DNA from: an uncultured Verrucomicrobiota bacterium
Lineage (GTDB): Bacteria; Verrucomicrobiota; Verrucomicrobiia; Limisphaerales; DTLC01
Reading direction: 5' to 3'
Assembly: GCA_964555645.1 (NCBI GenBank)
Contig: CAZKTA010000007.1
Location: 66,991 to 130,990 of the forward strand
DNA: 64,000 nucleotides
The position numbers were made by a program, and so were the translations under genes. Each line of letters begins with the position of its first letter. Positions within the stretch are counted from its first letter, which is position 1. The notes below the pieces were generated by a model. It did no database searches and had not been told where the DNA came from. It worked only from the letters and a program-made list of their open reading frames with translations. Shown here one piece after another: positions 9,848-19,261 of the stretch.

Positions 9848-9929
9848 GACATTCAGATACCTGATTTGCGTGTTGTGCGCACGCGGTTTTTTGATTCTGC
9901 AGGCGCTATGGGGGTGTGCCTTTGAAATA

Positions 9930-10793
9930 TCATTTACCCTCCAAGCCTTTTAGGTAGGCAAGGACAAGATTCGGTAGGTCGAGGCTGTACCCGCCTTCCA
10001 GTACGCTGAACACAGGTGCTTGCAATTTTCGCAGTTGCTGGCCTAGCCAGTAATAGTCCTCAAGCTGAAGGTTTTCATTTGCGATCGGGTCATGCGCATA
10101 TGCATCGAACCCGGCAGATACGGCCACAAGCTCGGGCTTGAACTTCTTAATGTCGTTAATGGCCTGTTCGAGTGTGGCGCGGTACTCGGTCCGGGCTGTT
10201 GCAGGTGCAACGGGGTAATTGAAACAGTTGTTCCCGACGTTTTGAGTGCCGGTGCCGGGAAACAACGGCCATTGGTGTACGGAGAAAAAGGCTGCTCCGG
10301 GTACGTTGCATAATATTGCCTCGGTGCCGTTGCCGTGGTGAACGTCGAAGTCGAGAACAGCCACACGTTTAACACCTGTTGCCAGTGCCTCAAGCACCGC
10401 GATGGCAATCGAGTTGAGGTAACAGAACCCCATTGCGCGGTCGCGTGTTGCATGATGGCCGGGTGGCCGCATCAGGCTAAAGGCAAATTCACCCCCGCGC
10501 GCAATGTTCAGTGCGGTTACGGCGGCAGCCACAGACCTGCGCGCGTACTGGGCGATACCGTCAAAGTAAGGCGTGTCGGGTGTGAAATCCTCGGGTTCAT
10601 CTAATCGCGAGAGGTGCTTGGCCGAGTGCGCGCGTAAAATCACCGCATCATCAACATGGCCGGGGTCGGTCCAACTGATCTGCAGGTCGGTCTGGGTGCG
10701 GAGTTTTTGTTGGGTACGACTTATGCGTTCGGGTCGTTCCGGGTGCCCAGCCTGACAGTAGCCAGTGCAAATGTTGTCTGTGACGACTTTCAT
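9930..10793 (-). CDS. Histone deacetylase-family (arginase-fold) deacetylase, acetylpolyamine/acetoin-utilisation type
   Basis: 287 aa. HPERPERI, RPPGHHA, GFCYLNSIAIA, DFDVHHGNGTE, SAGFDAY, LEGGY. Confidence 0.85.
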   Translation of the reverse strand: MKVVTDNICTGYCQAGHPERPERISRTQQKLRTQTDLQISWTDPGHVDDAVILRAHSAKHLSRLDEPEDFTPDTPYFDGIAQYARRSVAAAVTALNIARGGEFAFSLMRPPGHHATRDRAMGFCYLNSIAIAVLEALATGVKRVAVLDFDVHHGNGTEAILCNVPGAAFFSVHQWPLFPGTGTQNVGNNCFNYPVAPATARTEYRATLEQAINDIKKFKPELVAVSAGFDAYAHDPIANENLQLEDYYWLGQQLRKLQAPVFSVLEGGYSLDLPNLVLAYLKGLEGK

Positions 10794-10905
10794 GTGTGTG
10801 CGTGCGCGGTTAAGTCAGTTGCGCGTGGTGCATGGTCATTTGCTTTTTGCTTTTTCGCCCCGAAAGGGTAAAGTTCTGCCCGACCTTGCTCAAGCGAAAC
10901 AAACG

Positions 10906-12081
10906 ATGGAAATGTTGCCGTATAAAAAGTGCCGCACCGGCAGAGGCCACTTTGATGGAGTGGAAAAGCCCTCTGATGCGTGGGCTGAATTTGGCCGAGC
11001 TAGTTGCACTTTAGCTGCTGCAGGTGCACCACGCAAACGCGCAGGTAAACATCTCTGTTTTTTACTTGCGGCTCTGGCGCTTGGCAGTCCTGCGTGGGCG
11101 TGGGACTACGACACACACAGGTTGATATGCGAGTTGGCGCTTGGTTGTTTACCGACGAATTTTCCTACTTTTGTGCGCACGCCAGCCACACAGGAACGAA
11201 TTGCATTTCTTGGGGGTGAACCTGATCGTTGGCGTAACGTGCCCGATCTACCGCTCCGGCACCACAACAGCCCGGACCACTACGTTGACATTGAATTAAT
11301 TGAGTTTTGCGGGTTGACCCCCGACACACTGCCAATGTTCAGATACGATTTTGTTGTGCAATTTGATCGGGCGCGCGCGGCACAGCCTGACAAGTTCCCA
11401 CCTATTAACGAGATGAAAAACGCAGATCGCACGCAACAATTGGCCGGGTTCTTGCCGTGGGCAATCACTGAGCAATTCGGCAAGGTAAAATCTGGGTTCG
11501 GTTACCTCAAAGCCTACGAAGAAGCCGGTACAGCCGATGAAGTCTCCAACGCGCAGCAAAACATAATTTATGCAATGGGCGTTTTGGCGCATTACGTCGG
11601 TGACGCAACGCAGCCGTTGCACGTAACAATCCATCACAACGGTTGGACAGGGCCGAATCCGCGTGGGTACACCACCAACACAACGCTGCATAGATGGATT
11701 GACGGCGAGTATTTCCGGAAGGTCGGGCTGCCCGAAGCCGGCCGGTTGCAACCGAAATTGCGCACGGCGCGGCTTGTGATTGACCCGGCCAAGAACGGCG
11801 CGCCAGATGCATTGTTCAGGCAGGTGGCAAAGTTCATTTTTGAGCAGTACAAACAGGTCCAACCGCTTTATGAACTTGAGAAGGCAGGCAAGTTTTCAGG
11901 TGAAGAACCGCGCGGGCTTGAAGGAAAGGCATTCCTGGAAGCTCAACTTGTGCGCGCGGCGCAAATGTTGGCTGACTTGTGGTACACGGCGTATGCAACT
12001 GCGCCCATTGACAATTACCTCAGGTCGCAATTGCAGAGACGCAAAGCCAGACCCGACAGCCCGGTGCCTGCGGTAAAATAA
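10906..12081 (+). CDS. Secreted S1/P1-type zinc nuclease / zinc phospholipase C-fold protein
   Basis: Signal peptide ..LLAALALGSPAWA followed by WDYDTHRLI. This is consistent with the N-terminal Trp metal ligand of S1/P1 nucleases, together with LAHYVGDATQPLHV. The start is uncertain: ATG at 10765 or 10906, or GTG at 10960. Confidence 0.5.
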   Translation: MEMLPYKKCRTGRGHFDGVEKPSDAWAEFGRASCTLAAAGAPRKRAGKHLCFLLAALALGSPAWAWDYDTHRLICELALGCLPTNFPTFVRTPATQERIAFLGGEPDRWRNVPDLPLRHHNSPDHYVDIELIEFCGLTPDTLPMFRYDFVVQFDRARAAQPDKFPPINEMKNADRTQQLAGFLPWAITEQFGKVKSGFGYLKAYEEAGTADEVSNAQQNIIYAMGVLAHYVGDATQPLHVTIHHNGWTGPNPRGYTTNTTLHRWIDGEYFRKVGLPEAGRLQPKLRTARLVIDPAKNGAPDALFRQVAKFIFEQYKQVQPLYELEKAGKFSGEEPRGLEGKAFLEAQLVRAAQMLADLWYTAYATAPIDNYLRSQLQRRKARPDSPVPAVK

Positions 12082-12144
12082 AACTTGGTGGTTTAGCCCG
12101 GGTCTTGACAATAAACTCGGTTTTGCAAAAGCAAATATAAGCCT

Positions 12145-12717
12145 ATGAAAAAGTCGCTTGGCGCAAAAACGTTGCTGTATCCGACCCCGGTAGTTGTGGT
12201 TGGCACCTACGACGCAAACGGTAAGCCGAATGTGGCTACTGCTGCGTGGGTTGGCATTTGTTGTTCGCGTCCGCCGTGTGTGGCGGTGTCGTTCCGTGCA
12301 GCCACATATACCCATGGCAACATAAAAGCACGGAAAGCCTTCACAGTCAGCATTCCTTCCGAGGTACACGTTGTGCATGCGGATTATTTCGGTATTGCCT
12401 CGGGCAGAGACACCGACAAGTTGACTGCCGCAAAACTAACACCGGTAGAGAGCGATCTTGTGGACGCGCCGTATGTGAAGGAATTCCCGCTCGTGCTTGA
12501 GTGCAGGCTTGCGCATATGTTCGAGCTGGGGTTGCACACGCAGTTTGTGGGCGAAATTGTGGATGTAAAGGCCGACGACAGTATCCTGGACGCCAATAAC
12601 ATTGTTGACATACTCAAACTCAAGCCACTGATTTTTACGCCTGAATCGCACCGTTACTACGGGGTGGGTACGTTTCTTGGCAACGCATTTTCGATCGGCG
12701 AAAAGTACTGCGTCTGA
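12145..12717 (+). CDS. Flavin reductase-like FMN-binding domain protein (flavoredoxin family)
   Basis: 190 aa. [33 protein letters not shown]. Confidence 0.8.
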   Translation: MKKSLGAKTLLYPTPVVVVGTYDANGKPNVATAAWVGICCSRPPCVAVSFRAATYTHGNIKARKAFTVSIPSEVHVVHADYFGIASGRDTDKLTAAKLTPVESDLVDAPYVKEFPLVLECRLAHMFELGLHTQFVGEIVDVKADDSILDANNIVDILKLKPLIFTPESHRYYGVGTFLGNAFSIGEKYCV

Positions 12718-12860
12718 TTGACGCTGGGATTCAAAATGCTGGCATAAACACAAGTTGCTTGGGCGGCCGGTAACAGCGAGCCGGACCCACGCACTGGTGT
12801 TGTGCCGGAGCAGCGTTTGTCCGTTGCGGGCACGGCCCGAGACCTCAGTGCTGCGCGCAA

Positions 12861-13667
12861 ATGAAAAAGTACCTGCATGTGCTTAACATCGGTATCCAGA
12901 ACAATCTGGCTTACCGATTCAATTTTTTTGCGCGCGCATTGTTCGGGTTCATACCGTTGATAGCTCTGCTGTCGGTCTGGCGCACGATTTACTCGGCTAA
13001 AGACACCGGCGCAACAGTCGGGCCTTATACATTGGCTGAGATGGTCTCGTATTACCTGCTTGCAACCATTGTTAGTGCGTTGACTGCGGTGCACGACGAC
13101 GATTGGCAAATCGCAAACGATATCCGAGACGGTGCGATCAGCCAGTTTGTGGTCAAACCAATTGATTACCTAGTTTACCGATTGGTGTTGTTCGTGTCGG
13201 GGCGGCTTGCGTACTTTGCTGTCGCAGCCGGGCCACTAATGGTACTAGTGTTTTTGTTGCGCGAATACTTTGTGTTGCCACCTGACCTTGCCACATTTGG
13301 CCTATTTGCATTGTCACTGGTGCTGACCGCACTACTACAGTTTTTCATATCGTACATAATTGCAATGCTTGCGTTTTGGGTGTTGGAAGTTTCGACGTTC
13401 ATTTTCATCGTGTATGCGTTCGAGTTCATTGCGAGCGGGCACCTGTTCCCACTGGACATTTTGCCGCCCGGGCTTGCGCGTGTGCTTGCGTTTACGCCGT
13501 TCCCGTACGAGCTGTTTTTCCCCATCAGCATTTACATGGGCAAAGTAACCGGAGCCGCGCTTGCCCAAGGGCTTGCAATACAAGTCTTCTGGGTTGTGGT
13601 TGCGTACGTGTTTGCGCGGTTCGCATGGAATCGCGGGCTGCGGCGGTATGCCGCGGTGGGAGGATGA
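12861..13667 (+). CDS. ABC-2-type transporter permease (DUF990-like)
   Basis: 268 aa polytopic membrane protein. N-terminal KYLHVLNIGIQNNLAYRFNFF is typical of this family. Paired with the next gene. Confidence 0.65.
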   Translation: MKKYLHVLNIGIQNNLAYRFNFFARALFGFIPLIALLSVWRTIYSAKDTGATVGPYTLAEMVSYYLLATIVSALTAVHDDDWQIANDIRDGAISQFVVKPIDYLVYRLVLFVSGRLAYFAVAAGPLMVLVFLLREYFVLPPDLATFGLFALSLVLTALLQFFISYIIAMLAFWVLEVSTFIFIVYAFEFIASGHLFPLDILPPGLARVLAFTPFPYELFFPISIYMGKVTGAALAQGLAIQVFWVVVAYVFARFAWNRGLRRYAAVGG

Positions 13668-13670
13668 GCC

Positions 13671-14468
13671 ATGAGCAAGCTTGCCCGGTACATCGGCATT
13701 TACGGTGCGTTATGGAAAAACTCCGTAACACGCGAGATGATCTTCAAAACGAACTTCATCCTTTGGATTGTGGTTGAGCTGCTCTGGTTTGCGCTGCAGT
13801 TATGTTTCGTTGGGGTTGTTTATATGCACACCGACTCGATTGGTACATGGACAAAATGGCAAGTTGTAATGCTCATTGGCGCGGCCCATTTCATCCAGCA
13901 AATTTTCCAGGCATTTTTCCTGATCAATTGCGCTAATCTCTCTGAACTGGTTCGCACCGGTAAGCTCGATTTTCTTCTGTTGTTGCCTGTAAACACGCGT
14001 TTTGTTGTGTCTTTGCGACAGGTTGACCTCGGCTCGTTTGTCAATGCGGCAACTGCAGTTGTTGTTATGCTCTACGCAGCGCTGCAGATGCAGCTAACAC
14101 CTACAATCGCCCAGGTGGCAGGATTTCTTGTACTTTGTGTTGTGGGTATTCTGATCCATTACTCGCTCATGTTCATGCTTGCGACAATCAGTTTCTGGAC
14201 AGTGCGCGCGCAGGGTATCGTGTGGGCGTACTATAACCTGTTCCAGGTTGCGCGCCTGCCCGATGAGGCGTTTCGCGGCCTGTTTAAAGTTGCGTTTACA
14301 TTTGCGATCCCGATGCTGCTTGTGGCAAATGTGCCGGTGCGGTTGCTTGTGGACACACTCACTTCGTCGAAGCTATTCCTGCTGCTGGCTACGGGTGTGC
14401 TCTGCTGGGTAATGTCGAGTCTTGTTTGGCGCGTCTCGGTTCGCCATTACACAAGCGCAAGCGCTTGA
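13671..14468 (+). CDS. ABC-2-type transporter permease (DUF990-like), second subunit
   Basis: 265 aa polytopic membrane protein, starting 3 nt after the previous stop. Same family features (YGALWKNSVTREMIFKTNF). Confidence 0.65.
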   Translation: MSKLARYIGIYGALWKNSVTREMIFKTNFILWIVVELLWFALQLCFVGVVYMHTDSIGTWTKWQVVMLIGAAHFIQQIFQAFFLINCANLSELVRTGKLDFLLLLPVNTRFVVSLRQVDLGSFVNAATAVVVMLYAALQMQLTPTIAQVAGFLVLCVVGILIHYSLMFMLATISFWTVRAQGIVWAYYNLFQVARLPDEAFRGLFKVAFTFAIPMLLVANVPVRLLVDTLTSSKLFLLLATGVLCWVMSSLVWRVSVRHYTSASA

Positions 14469-14498
14469 ACACCGAGCCTACGCAATCAGCAATTTTCA

Positions 14499-15203
14499 TT
14501 GCGCAGCACTATGAATTTGGCGAACAATTCGGAGATGAAATTTGTTTCACTAACGCAAACTTATCGTCTGACGCCGCTGCTGGCGGTGTTGGTATTTGTC
14601 CTGGGCTCGGTAGTCATTGTAACTACTCAAGAAGCGCAGACCGATCTCGACTCGAAGACAAAACAGCCGGATGTCGTTTACGTGCCTACCCCAATGTCGG
14701 TTGTCGAGAAGATGCTCGAACTTGCTGAGGTAAAAAAGGGCGATGTCGTTTACGACCTCGGTTGTGGCGACGGCAGGATTGTGGTTGCCGCGGCGAAAAA
14801 GTACGGTGTCAAAGCCGTGGGCATCGACATTGACCCGCAACGTGTACTTGAGGCGCGCGAGAACGTCAGAACCAACAAGCTCGAACACCTCGTGACAATT
14901 AAGCAGGACGACATATTCAACGTTGACTTCGGGGAGGCCACTGTGGTGACGCTTTATTTGTTGCCCGAGTTGAACGTTCGGCTGATGCCACAATTGGCCA
15001 AGCTCAAACCCGGCGCGCGCATTGTTTCACACGATTTCGACATGCGCGGTGCCAAACCTGTGCAGGTTTACGAAATGGAAACGGCTAGCAACGAGCCCGG
15101 TGTCTCTTACGGCAGAAAGCACAAGATTTACAAATGGGTTGTGCCATGGGAGCCGGAACACACCACCAACCTCACCAGTGCCTCGGCTCTCACCCAGCCG
15201 TGA
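14499..15203 (+). CDS. Class I SAM-dependent methyltransferase with N-terminal hydrophobic anchor or signal
   Basis: SAM motif I VYDLGCGDGRI and GIDID. Hydrophobic segment LLAVLVFVLGSVVIV near the N-terminus. The start could be 14499 or 14535. Confidence 0.7.
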   Translation: MRSTMNLANNSEMKFVSLTQTYRLTPLLAVLVFVLGSVVIVTTQEAQTDLDSKTKQPDVVYVPTPMSVVEKMLELAEVKKGDVVYDLGCGDGRIVVAAAKKYGVKAVGIDIDPQRVLEARENVRTNKLEHLVTIKQDDIFNVDFGEATVVTLYLLPELNVRLMPQLAKLKPGARIVSHDFDMRGAKPVQVYEMETASNEPGVSYGRKHKIYKWVVPWEPEHTTNLTSASALTQP

Positions 15204-15691
15204 AAGTGCTTTTGCAGCTTGTGCCGCTTGCGAATGGCTGTGCACAAAACTAAACGGTTGTTTCAACTGTCTATGTAGGTCCTTGACAACCGAGTTTTTG
15301 CTTTAGTGGTGCGAGGGTACACCGCGGTTCTTAAAGAACCCTTTTCCGAGAACGCGGCCAGCTTCCAGCGGCCGGAGACAGTGGTAGGCTGATCCATTAG
15401 AGTGCGCTTGTTTGTTAGCTGCTCCCATATTGGGCTATCGGGGTGGGGATCGCCTTTGGGGCGGACGGCGGCACGTAGCCAAAGCACAACTACTTCAGCC
15501 AACATTCGATATGCTTCTGTGTAGATCAACCCTGAGCCCAAGACCCCGACGGTCCGGGGCAGTTGTCACACGCTACCAGCCCGCTGACTGAATTGCTACC
15601 GCGCGTGTGGTTGGTCGAGAGTTTCGGAGTTTTCCCTACCTAACTGACTTTCGTCAATGGCTGCCCAAAAGCCGAGCGCGCCTGACGCAGA

Positions 15692-17026
15692 TCACAATCC
15701 GACCTGCGCGAACTTGTGGTCCAGGTGCCGGAAATGGAACTGGAGCGAGCAAAGATTTTCGAGCTCGCCTGGAGCAAAGTGCGCAGCCACTTCTGGGTCG
15801 GCCTTGAGCTGGGCAAGAAAATCCGCGTCGTCGCGTCCGGCGTGTTTGGCTGCCCATGTTTGCATCGCGTTACGCTGAACTAGTTCGTACGCACGCTCGC
15901 GGGTAAGTCCTTTACGAACCAACGCAAGCATGACCGATTGACTGTTCCACATGCCGAGGCTCGACCCGATATTTTTCTTCATGTTTTCTGGGTACACGCA
16001 TAACCCGTCCACCAAACGGATTAGCAAACTAAACATGTAGTCCAGCAATGTGCATGAATCCGGCAGAATTATCCTTTCGACCGAGCTGTGGCAGATGTCT
16101 CGCTCGTGCCATAGAGCAATGTTTTCGAGTGCAGCCAATGCATTACCCCGCAGCACACGCGCTAGGCCGGTGAGCCGTTCCCAGGTAATCGGGTTTCGTT
16201 TGTGTGGCATTGCACTTGAACCTTTCTGGCCTTTGGCAAACGGTTCTTCAGCCTCGAGTACCTCGGTGCGTTGCAGGTGTCTGAACTCGACTGCCCAACG
16301 TTCAATGACTGCACCAGCTAGCGCAAGCACAGCGTGGAATTCGCCATGAATATCTCTTGAGATAACTTGCGTGCAAATGGGCGCGGGGCGCAGCCCGAGC
16401 TTTTCGCAAACGTAAGCTTCCACATGCGGCGCTAAATGAGCCCCTGTGCCTACTACACCGCTGAGTTTGCCCACAGCAACCACGCTCCGGGCGCGTTCGA
16501 GCCGTTCTAATGTGCGTTTGAACTCATCATACATCAGCGCCAGCTTGAACCCAAATGTGATGGGTTCAGCGTGGATCCCGTGTGTACGACCAATACAGGG
16601 GGTGAACTTGTACTGTCTTGCCTGAGCTGCAATTACTGGCAGCAGTTGTTTTACATCGGCAATCAGAAGATCAGCCGATTGCACAAGCTGCAGTGAAAGT
16701 GCAGTGTCAACCACATCGTAACTAGTGAGGCCAAAATGAAACCACCGGCTTGCCGGATGATTGATCTTTTGGCTGACGGCTTCGACAAAAGCAACCACAT
16801 CGTGGTTTAGTGTTTTTTCAAGCTCACGTTGCCGTGCAACTAGCCCAGGTAAGTCAGCCATGCATTCTTGACACCCTGCCTTGACTTTATCGAAGTCGTC
16901 CGCAGGAACAACACCATCCTTAACCAGTGCTTCTAGCGCGGCCAGCTCGATCTGCAACCAGAGTCGCAGCTTGTTTTCGTCGCTCCAGATTGCCCGCATC
17001 TCGGGCCTCGAATAGCGTGTAATCAT
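15692..17026 (-). CDS. purB: Adenylosuccinate lyase
   Basis: 444 aa. MITRYSRPEM..IWS, the fumarate-lyase signature GSSAMPHKRNP, and a conserved C-terminal domain. Confidence 0.95.
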   Translation of the reverse strand: MITRYSRPEMRAIWSDENKLRLWLQIELAALEALVKDGVVPADDFDKVKAGCQECMADLPGLVARQRELEKTLNHDVVAFVEAVSQKINHPASRWFHFGLTSYDVVDTALSLQLVQSADLLIADVKQLLPVIAAQARQYKFTPCIGRTHGIHAEPITFGFKLALMYDEFKRTLERLERARSVVAVGKLSGVVGTGAHLAPHVEAYVCEKLGLRPAPICTQVISRDIHGEFHAVLALAGAVIERWAVEFRHLQRTEVLEAEEPFAKGQKGSSAMPHKRNPITWERLTGLARVLRGNALAALENIALWHERDICHSSVERIILPDSCTLLDYMFSLLIRLVDGLCVYPENMKKNIGSSLGMWNSQSVMLALVRKGLTRERAYELVQRNAMQTWAAKHAGRDDADFLAQLKADPEVAAHFAPGELENLCSLQFHFRHLDHKFAQVGL

Positions 17027-17109
17027 GGCACAAGCTTACTGAGCAGGCAGAATTTTTGAACTCGAATCGTCAGTTTCCAGTGTTGCTGGCACGCGTAAAA
17101 AGATGCCAG

Positions 17110-18027
17110 TCAACGCTTTTGGATCTTGCGTCGGGCCAGCTCGAGAATCTGGCGCTCGCGTGCGGTCAGGCTTTGGATGCCGTGCGCACTTATCTTGTCT
17201 AGGATGGGATCAACTTCGCGTTCGAGGAACTCGTCCGGGGGCAAATCTTCAGGTGTACCTGGCATTGGTTGTTCGGCAAAAACAGATTTTCGTGCCCCTA
17301 CATTAACAAGTTGACGCAGGCGACGACGGAAAGAAGGCCGGCCAGTCCGTACAGGCCAGCGCCAGTGCGCGGCGAGCTTAACGTACAGGATGCCGGCTAA
17401 CATACCCCCTAAATGCGCTGCATGCGCAATCGAACTGCCCGGGTGCAGCATGCCAACGACAGCCAGCACAAACTCGGCCAACAGCAGGTACTTGGCGGGC
17501 ATTGTGACGGGTAAAATCAACGCAACCAATGTCGTGATGGATGTGTCACGATTCAGCGTGGCAAATGCTGCAATCACACCAAACACGCCTGCAGATGCGC
17601 CGACAACTGGGCCAGGCCCGAAATGCAGCGGGAACACCAGACTGAATGCGGATTGGACCAGCCCGCCTACGACGCCGCTGCCAAAGTATAGCATAATAAA
17701 CCGGGTTTTACCGAGCGCGGCTTCGACCGTGCGCCCGAACATGTACAGCATCGCACAGTTCAATATCAGATGAAGCAGTCCGGCATGGAGCAATTGAAAC
17801 GTTAACAATTGCCAAACGTATCCGCGGAGCAGATCCGCAGGGTGCAAAGCCAGATACGGCTCAAGCGCTGGCGGCGATGTGTCTAGCCCTGTACCTGTAA
17901 GCGGGACAATTAGCTGCGCGGCATAAAATGCAACATTGACGATCACCAGCCAAAGCCACATCGGCAACTGCACATGCCAATGATGTAGGGATAGTTCATC
18001 GCGCATGTAATGGCGATCGTCAAGCAT
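17110..18027 (-). CDS. Rhomboid-family intramembrane serine protease with soluble C-terminal extension
   Basis: 305 aa. GASAGVFG (catalytic Ser), HAAHLGGMLAG (catalytic His), LLHAGLLHLILN. The C-terminal tail reads EVDPILDKISAHGIQSLTARERQILE. Confidence 0.85.
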   Translation of the reverse strand: MLDDRHYMRDELSLHHWHVQLPMWLWLVIVNVAFYAAQLIVPLTGTGLDTSPPALEPYLALHPADLLRGYVWQLLTFQLLHAGLLHLILNCAMLYMFGRTVEAALGKTRFIMLYFGSGVVGGLVQSAFSLVFPLHFGPGPVVGASAGVFGVIAAFATLNRDTSITTLVALILPVTMPAKYLLLAEFVLAVVGMLHPGSSIAHAAHLGGMLAGILYVKLAAHWRWPVRTGRPSFRRRLRQLVNVGARKSVFAEQPMPGTPEDLPPDEFLEREVDPILDKISAHGIQSLTARERQILELARRKIQKR

Positions 18028-18185
18028 GACTGTTTGAAGTTAACCGGTCAGCGGCACATTTTCAATGTATAAATCGAATCCGCCAAAGTGCACGCTCGTG
18101 CCGAAGTGCCAACTGCTTCTGTGGCATGTGCGCGTGGCGAACCCGTAGTTGTTGAGGCAACGCCATGTCGCCGGGCTTGGGTTTA

Positions 18186-18467
18186 TCAGGTATAACCACT
18201 GCTCGGAAAGAAATCTTCCGAATGCGCGGCTATGTACCAGCTGATTAGGCATATGCAACTCGTGACGCAAAAGCCTACAAACCCAAGACGTCTGCCCAAA
18301 TCAATGTAACCTTTTGCAGGGTTAAACTGGCCTTTTGTTTTGCGCGCAGTAACCGTGCCACAGATCCATGCGCTTAAGGCAAATGGAAGCCCCAAAACAG
18401 GAATCAATCCGAGCAGACCCAGCACAAAGCACCAAATCGCGCGCTTGATGAGACTAATCTTGTCCAT
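18186..18467 (-). CDS. Small two-TM membrane protein (last gene of the filament-like operon)
   Basis: 93 aa, starting 6 nt after the previous stop. Two hydrophobic segments (AIWCFVLGLLGLIPVLGLPFAL and LGFVGFCVTSCICLISWYI). No family recognised. Confidence 0.4.
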   Translation of the reverse strand: MDKISLIKRAIWCFVLGLLGLIPVLGLPFALSAWICGTVTARKTKGQFNPAKGYIDLGRRLGFVGFCVTSCICLISWYIAAHSEDFFPSSGYT

Positions 18468-18473
18468 GGTAGG

Positions 18474-18752
18474 TTACTTCGCCTGGACGACCAGCGTTGC
18501 AGCGGTTGCGTTTGTTTGGCTGGTGGATTGTACCGGTGCAGACTCGAATTTTTCCAAGTGCCGTCGTTCGATGAGCCGTATTTCACGGTGCAACTGGTTC
18601 AGCACAGCGGTATTGCTCATTACGAACACAACCATCAATGTTAGAAGCACAAAAACACCTAGCACGGCGAATCCGCTTTTGCCGTGCCGGCCATGCGGTG
18701 CGGCGGCGCTGGCAAGTTGCACAAGCGCGTTTGTCGAACAGTGTAATTTCAT
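18474..18752 (-). CDS. Small single-pass membrane protein (possible GspM/PilO-like accessory protein)
   Basis: I place the start at MKLHC (18752), giving an ATGA overlap with the upstream stop. One TM (FAVLGVFVLLTLMVVFVM) followed by a short helical segment. The tracked ORF extends to 18848. Confidence 0.4.
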   Translation of the reverse strand: MKLHCSTNALVQLASAAAPHGRHGKSGFAVLGVFVLLTLMVVFVMSNTAVLNQLHREIRLIERRHLEKFESAPVQSTSQTNATAATLVVQAK

Positions 18753-19261
18753 TTGTTTTGCAGACCAGTCGGAACGGCTAGGAAACTGAACAACGGATGC
18801 AACCGCGTGCCTTTTCGGTACTGTTCCAATTCGAGCTCGAGCCGCCACACTGTCACATGTTGCCGTTGCTCAGGTATCACCTGGCACGATTTAACACGCT
18901 CGAGCACAATCGTCCACGTTTCCTGCGGGCTGCCCCGGCGCACAAGTGCGTTGGTCAGAAATTGATACCTGATCTCGCTGGTGCTGTCTCGGATGGTCAG
19001 CAGCCACGCTTGGTTAGTCTGCTCGAGTTGGGGTGGCATAGTAGCAGACCGGACATCGGCACGCCACCGTTCGCCCGCATTGAGCGTGCGCACGATGTCG
19101 TCTGCGTTTCGCTGTAGGCCGATCGAGTTGTCCATGCACTGATAAAATGCCGCTGTCGAAAGACCCAACACAACTGCCACGGCGCCAATGCACACGAGAC
19201 ACTCAATCAACGTAATGCCGCGGCACCACTGGCTTTTTGCATTTGACGAGGTCGTTTTCAT
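18749..19261 (-). CDS. Pseudopilin with canonical prepilin-type N-terminal cleavage/methylation motif
   Basis: 170 aa. N-terminus ..WCRG|ITLIECLVCIGAVAVVLG (Gly at -1, Glu at +5). 4-nt overlap with the upstream gene. Confidence 0.7.
   Translation of the reverse strand: MKTTSSNAKSQWCRGITLIECLVCIGAVAVVLGLSTAAFYQCMDNSIGLQRNADDIVRTLNAGERWRADVRSATMPPQLEQTNQAWLLTIRDSTSEIRYQFLTNALVRRGSPQETWTIVLERVKSCQVIPEQRQHVTVWRLELELEQYRKGTRLHPLFSFLAVPTGLQNK

Noticed and set aside
15263-15541. 92-aa minus-strand ORF in the convergent spacer.
   Set aside because: It has only a TTG start, no visible Shine-Dalgarno sequence and no recognisable family or motif. It is more likely a chance ORF in a non-coding or RNA region.
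15204-15691. I tested whether the long purB-downstream spacer is tmRNA, RNase P RNA or SRP (4.5S) RNA.
   Set aside because: On neither strand is there a GGGG..TTCGAC 5' end with a T-arm and CCACCA 3' end. No tag-like reading frame ends in ..AA-stop; the best candidate ends ..ANIRYASV-stop. There is no GAGGAAAGTCCGGGC or ACAGAA.CCGGCTTA (RNase P). There is no GGAAGGAAGCAGC-type SRP domain IV motif. It is kept only as an unclassified candidate.
18040-18270. 76-aa minus-strand ORF overlapping the 3' end of the 93-aa membrane protein gene, considered as a possible frameshifted continuation.
   Set aside because: No family is recognisable in either reading, the 93-aa ORF has its own stop, and there is no slippery sequence. 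The evidence is not sufficient to propose a frameshift.
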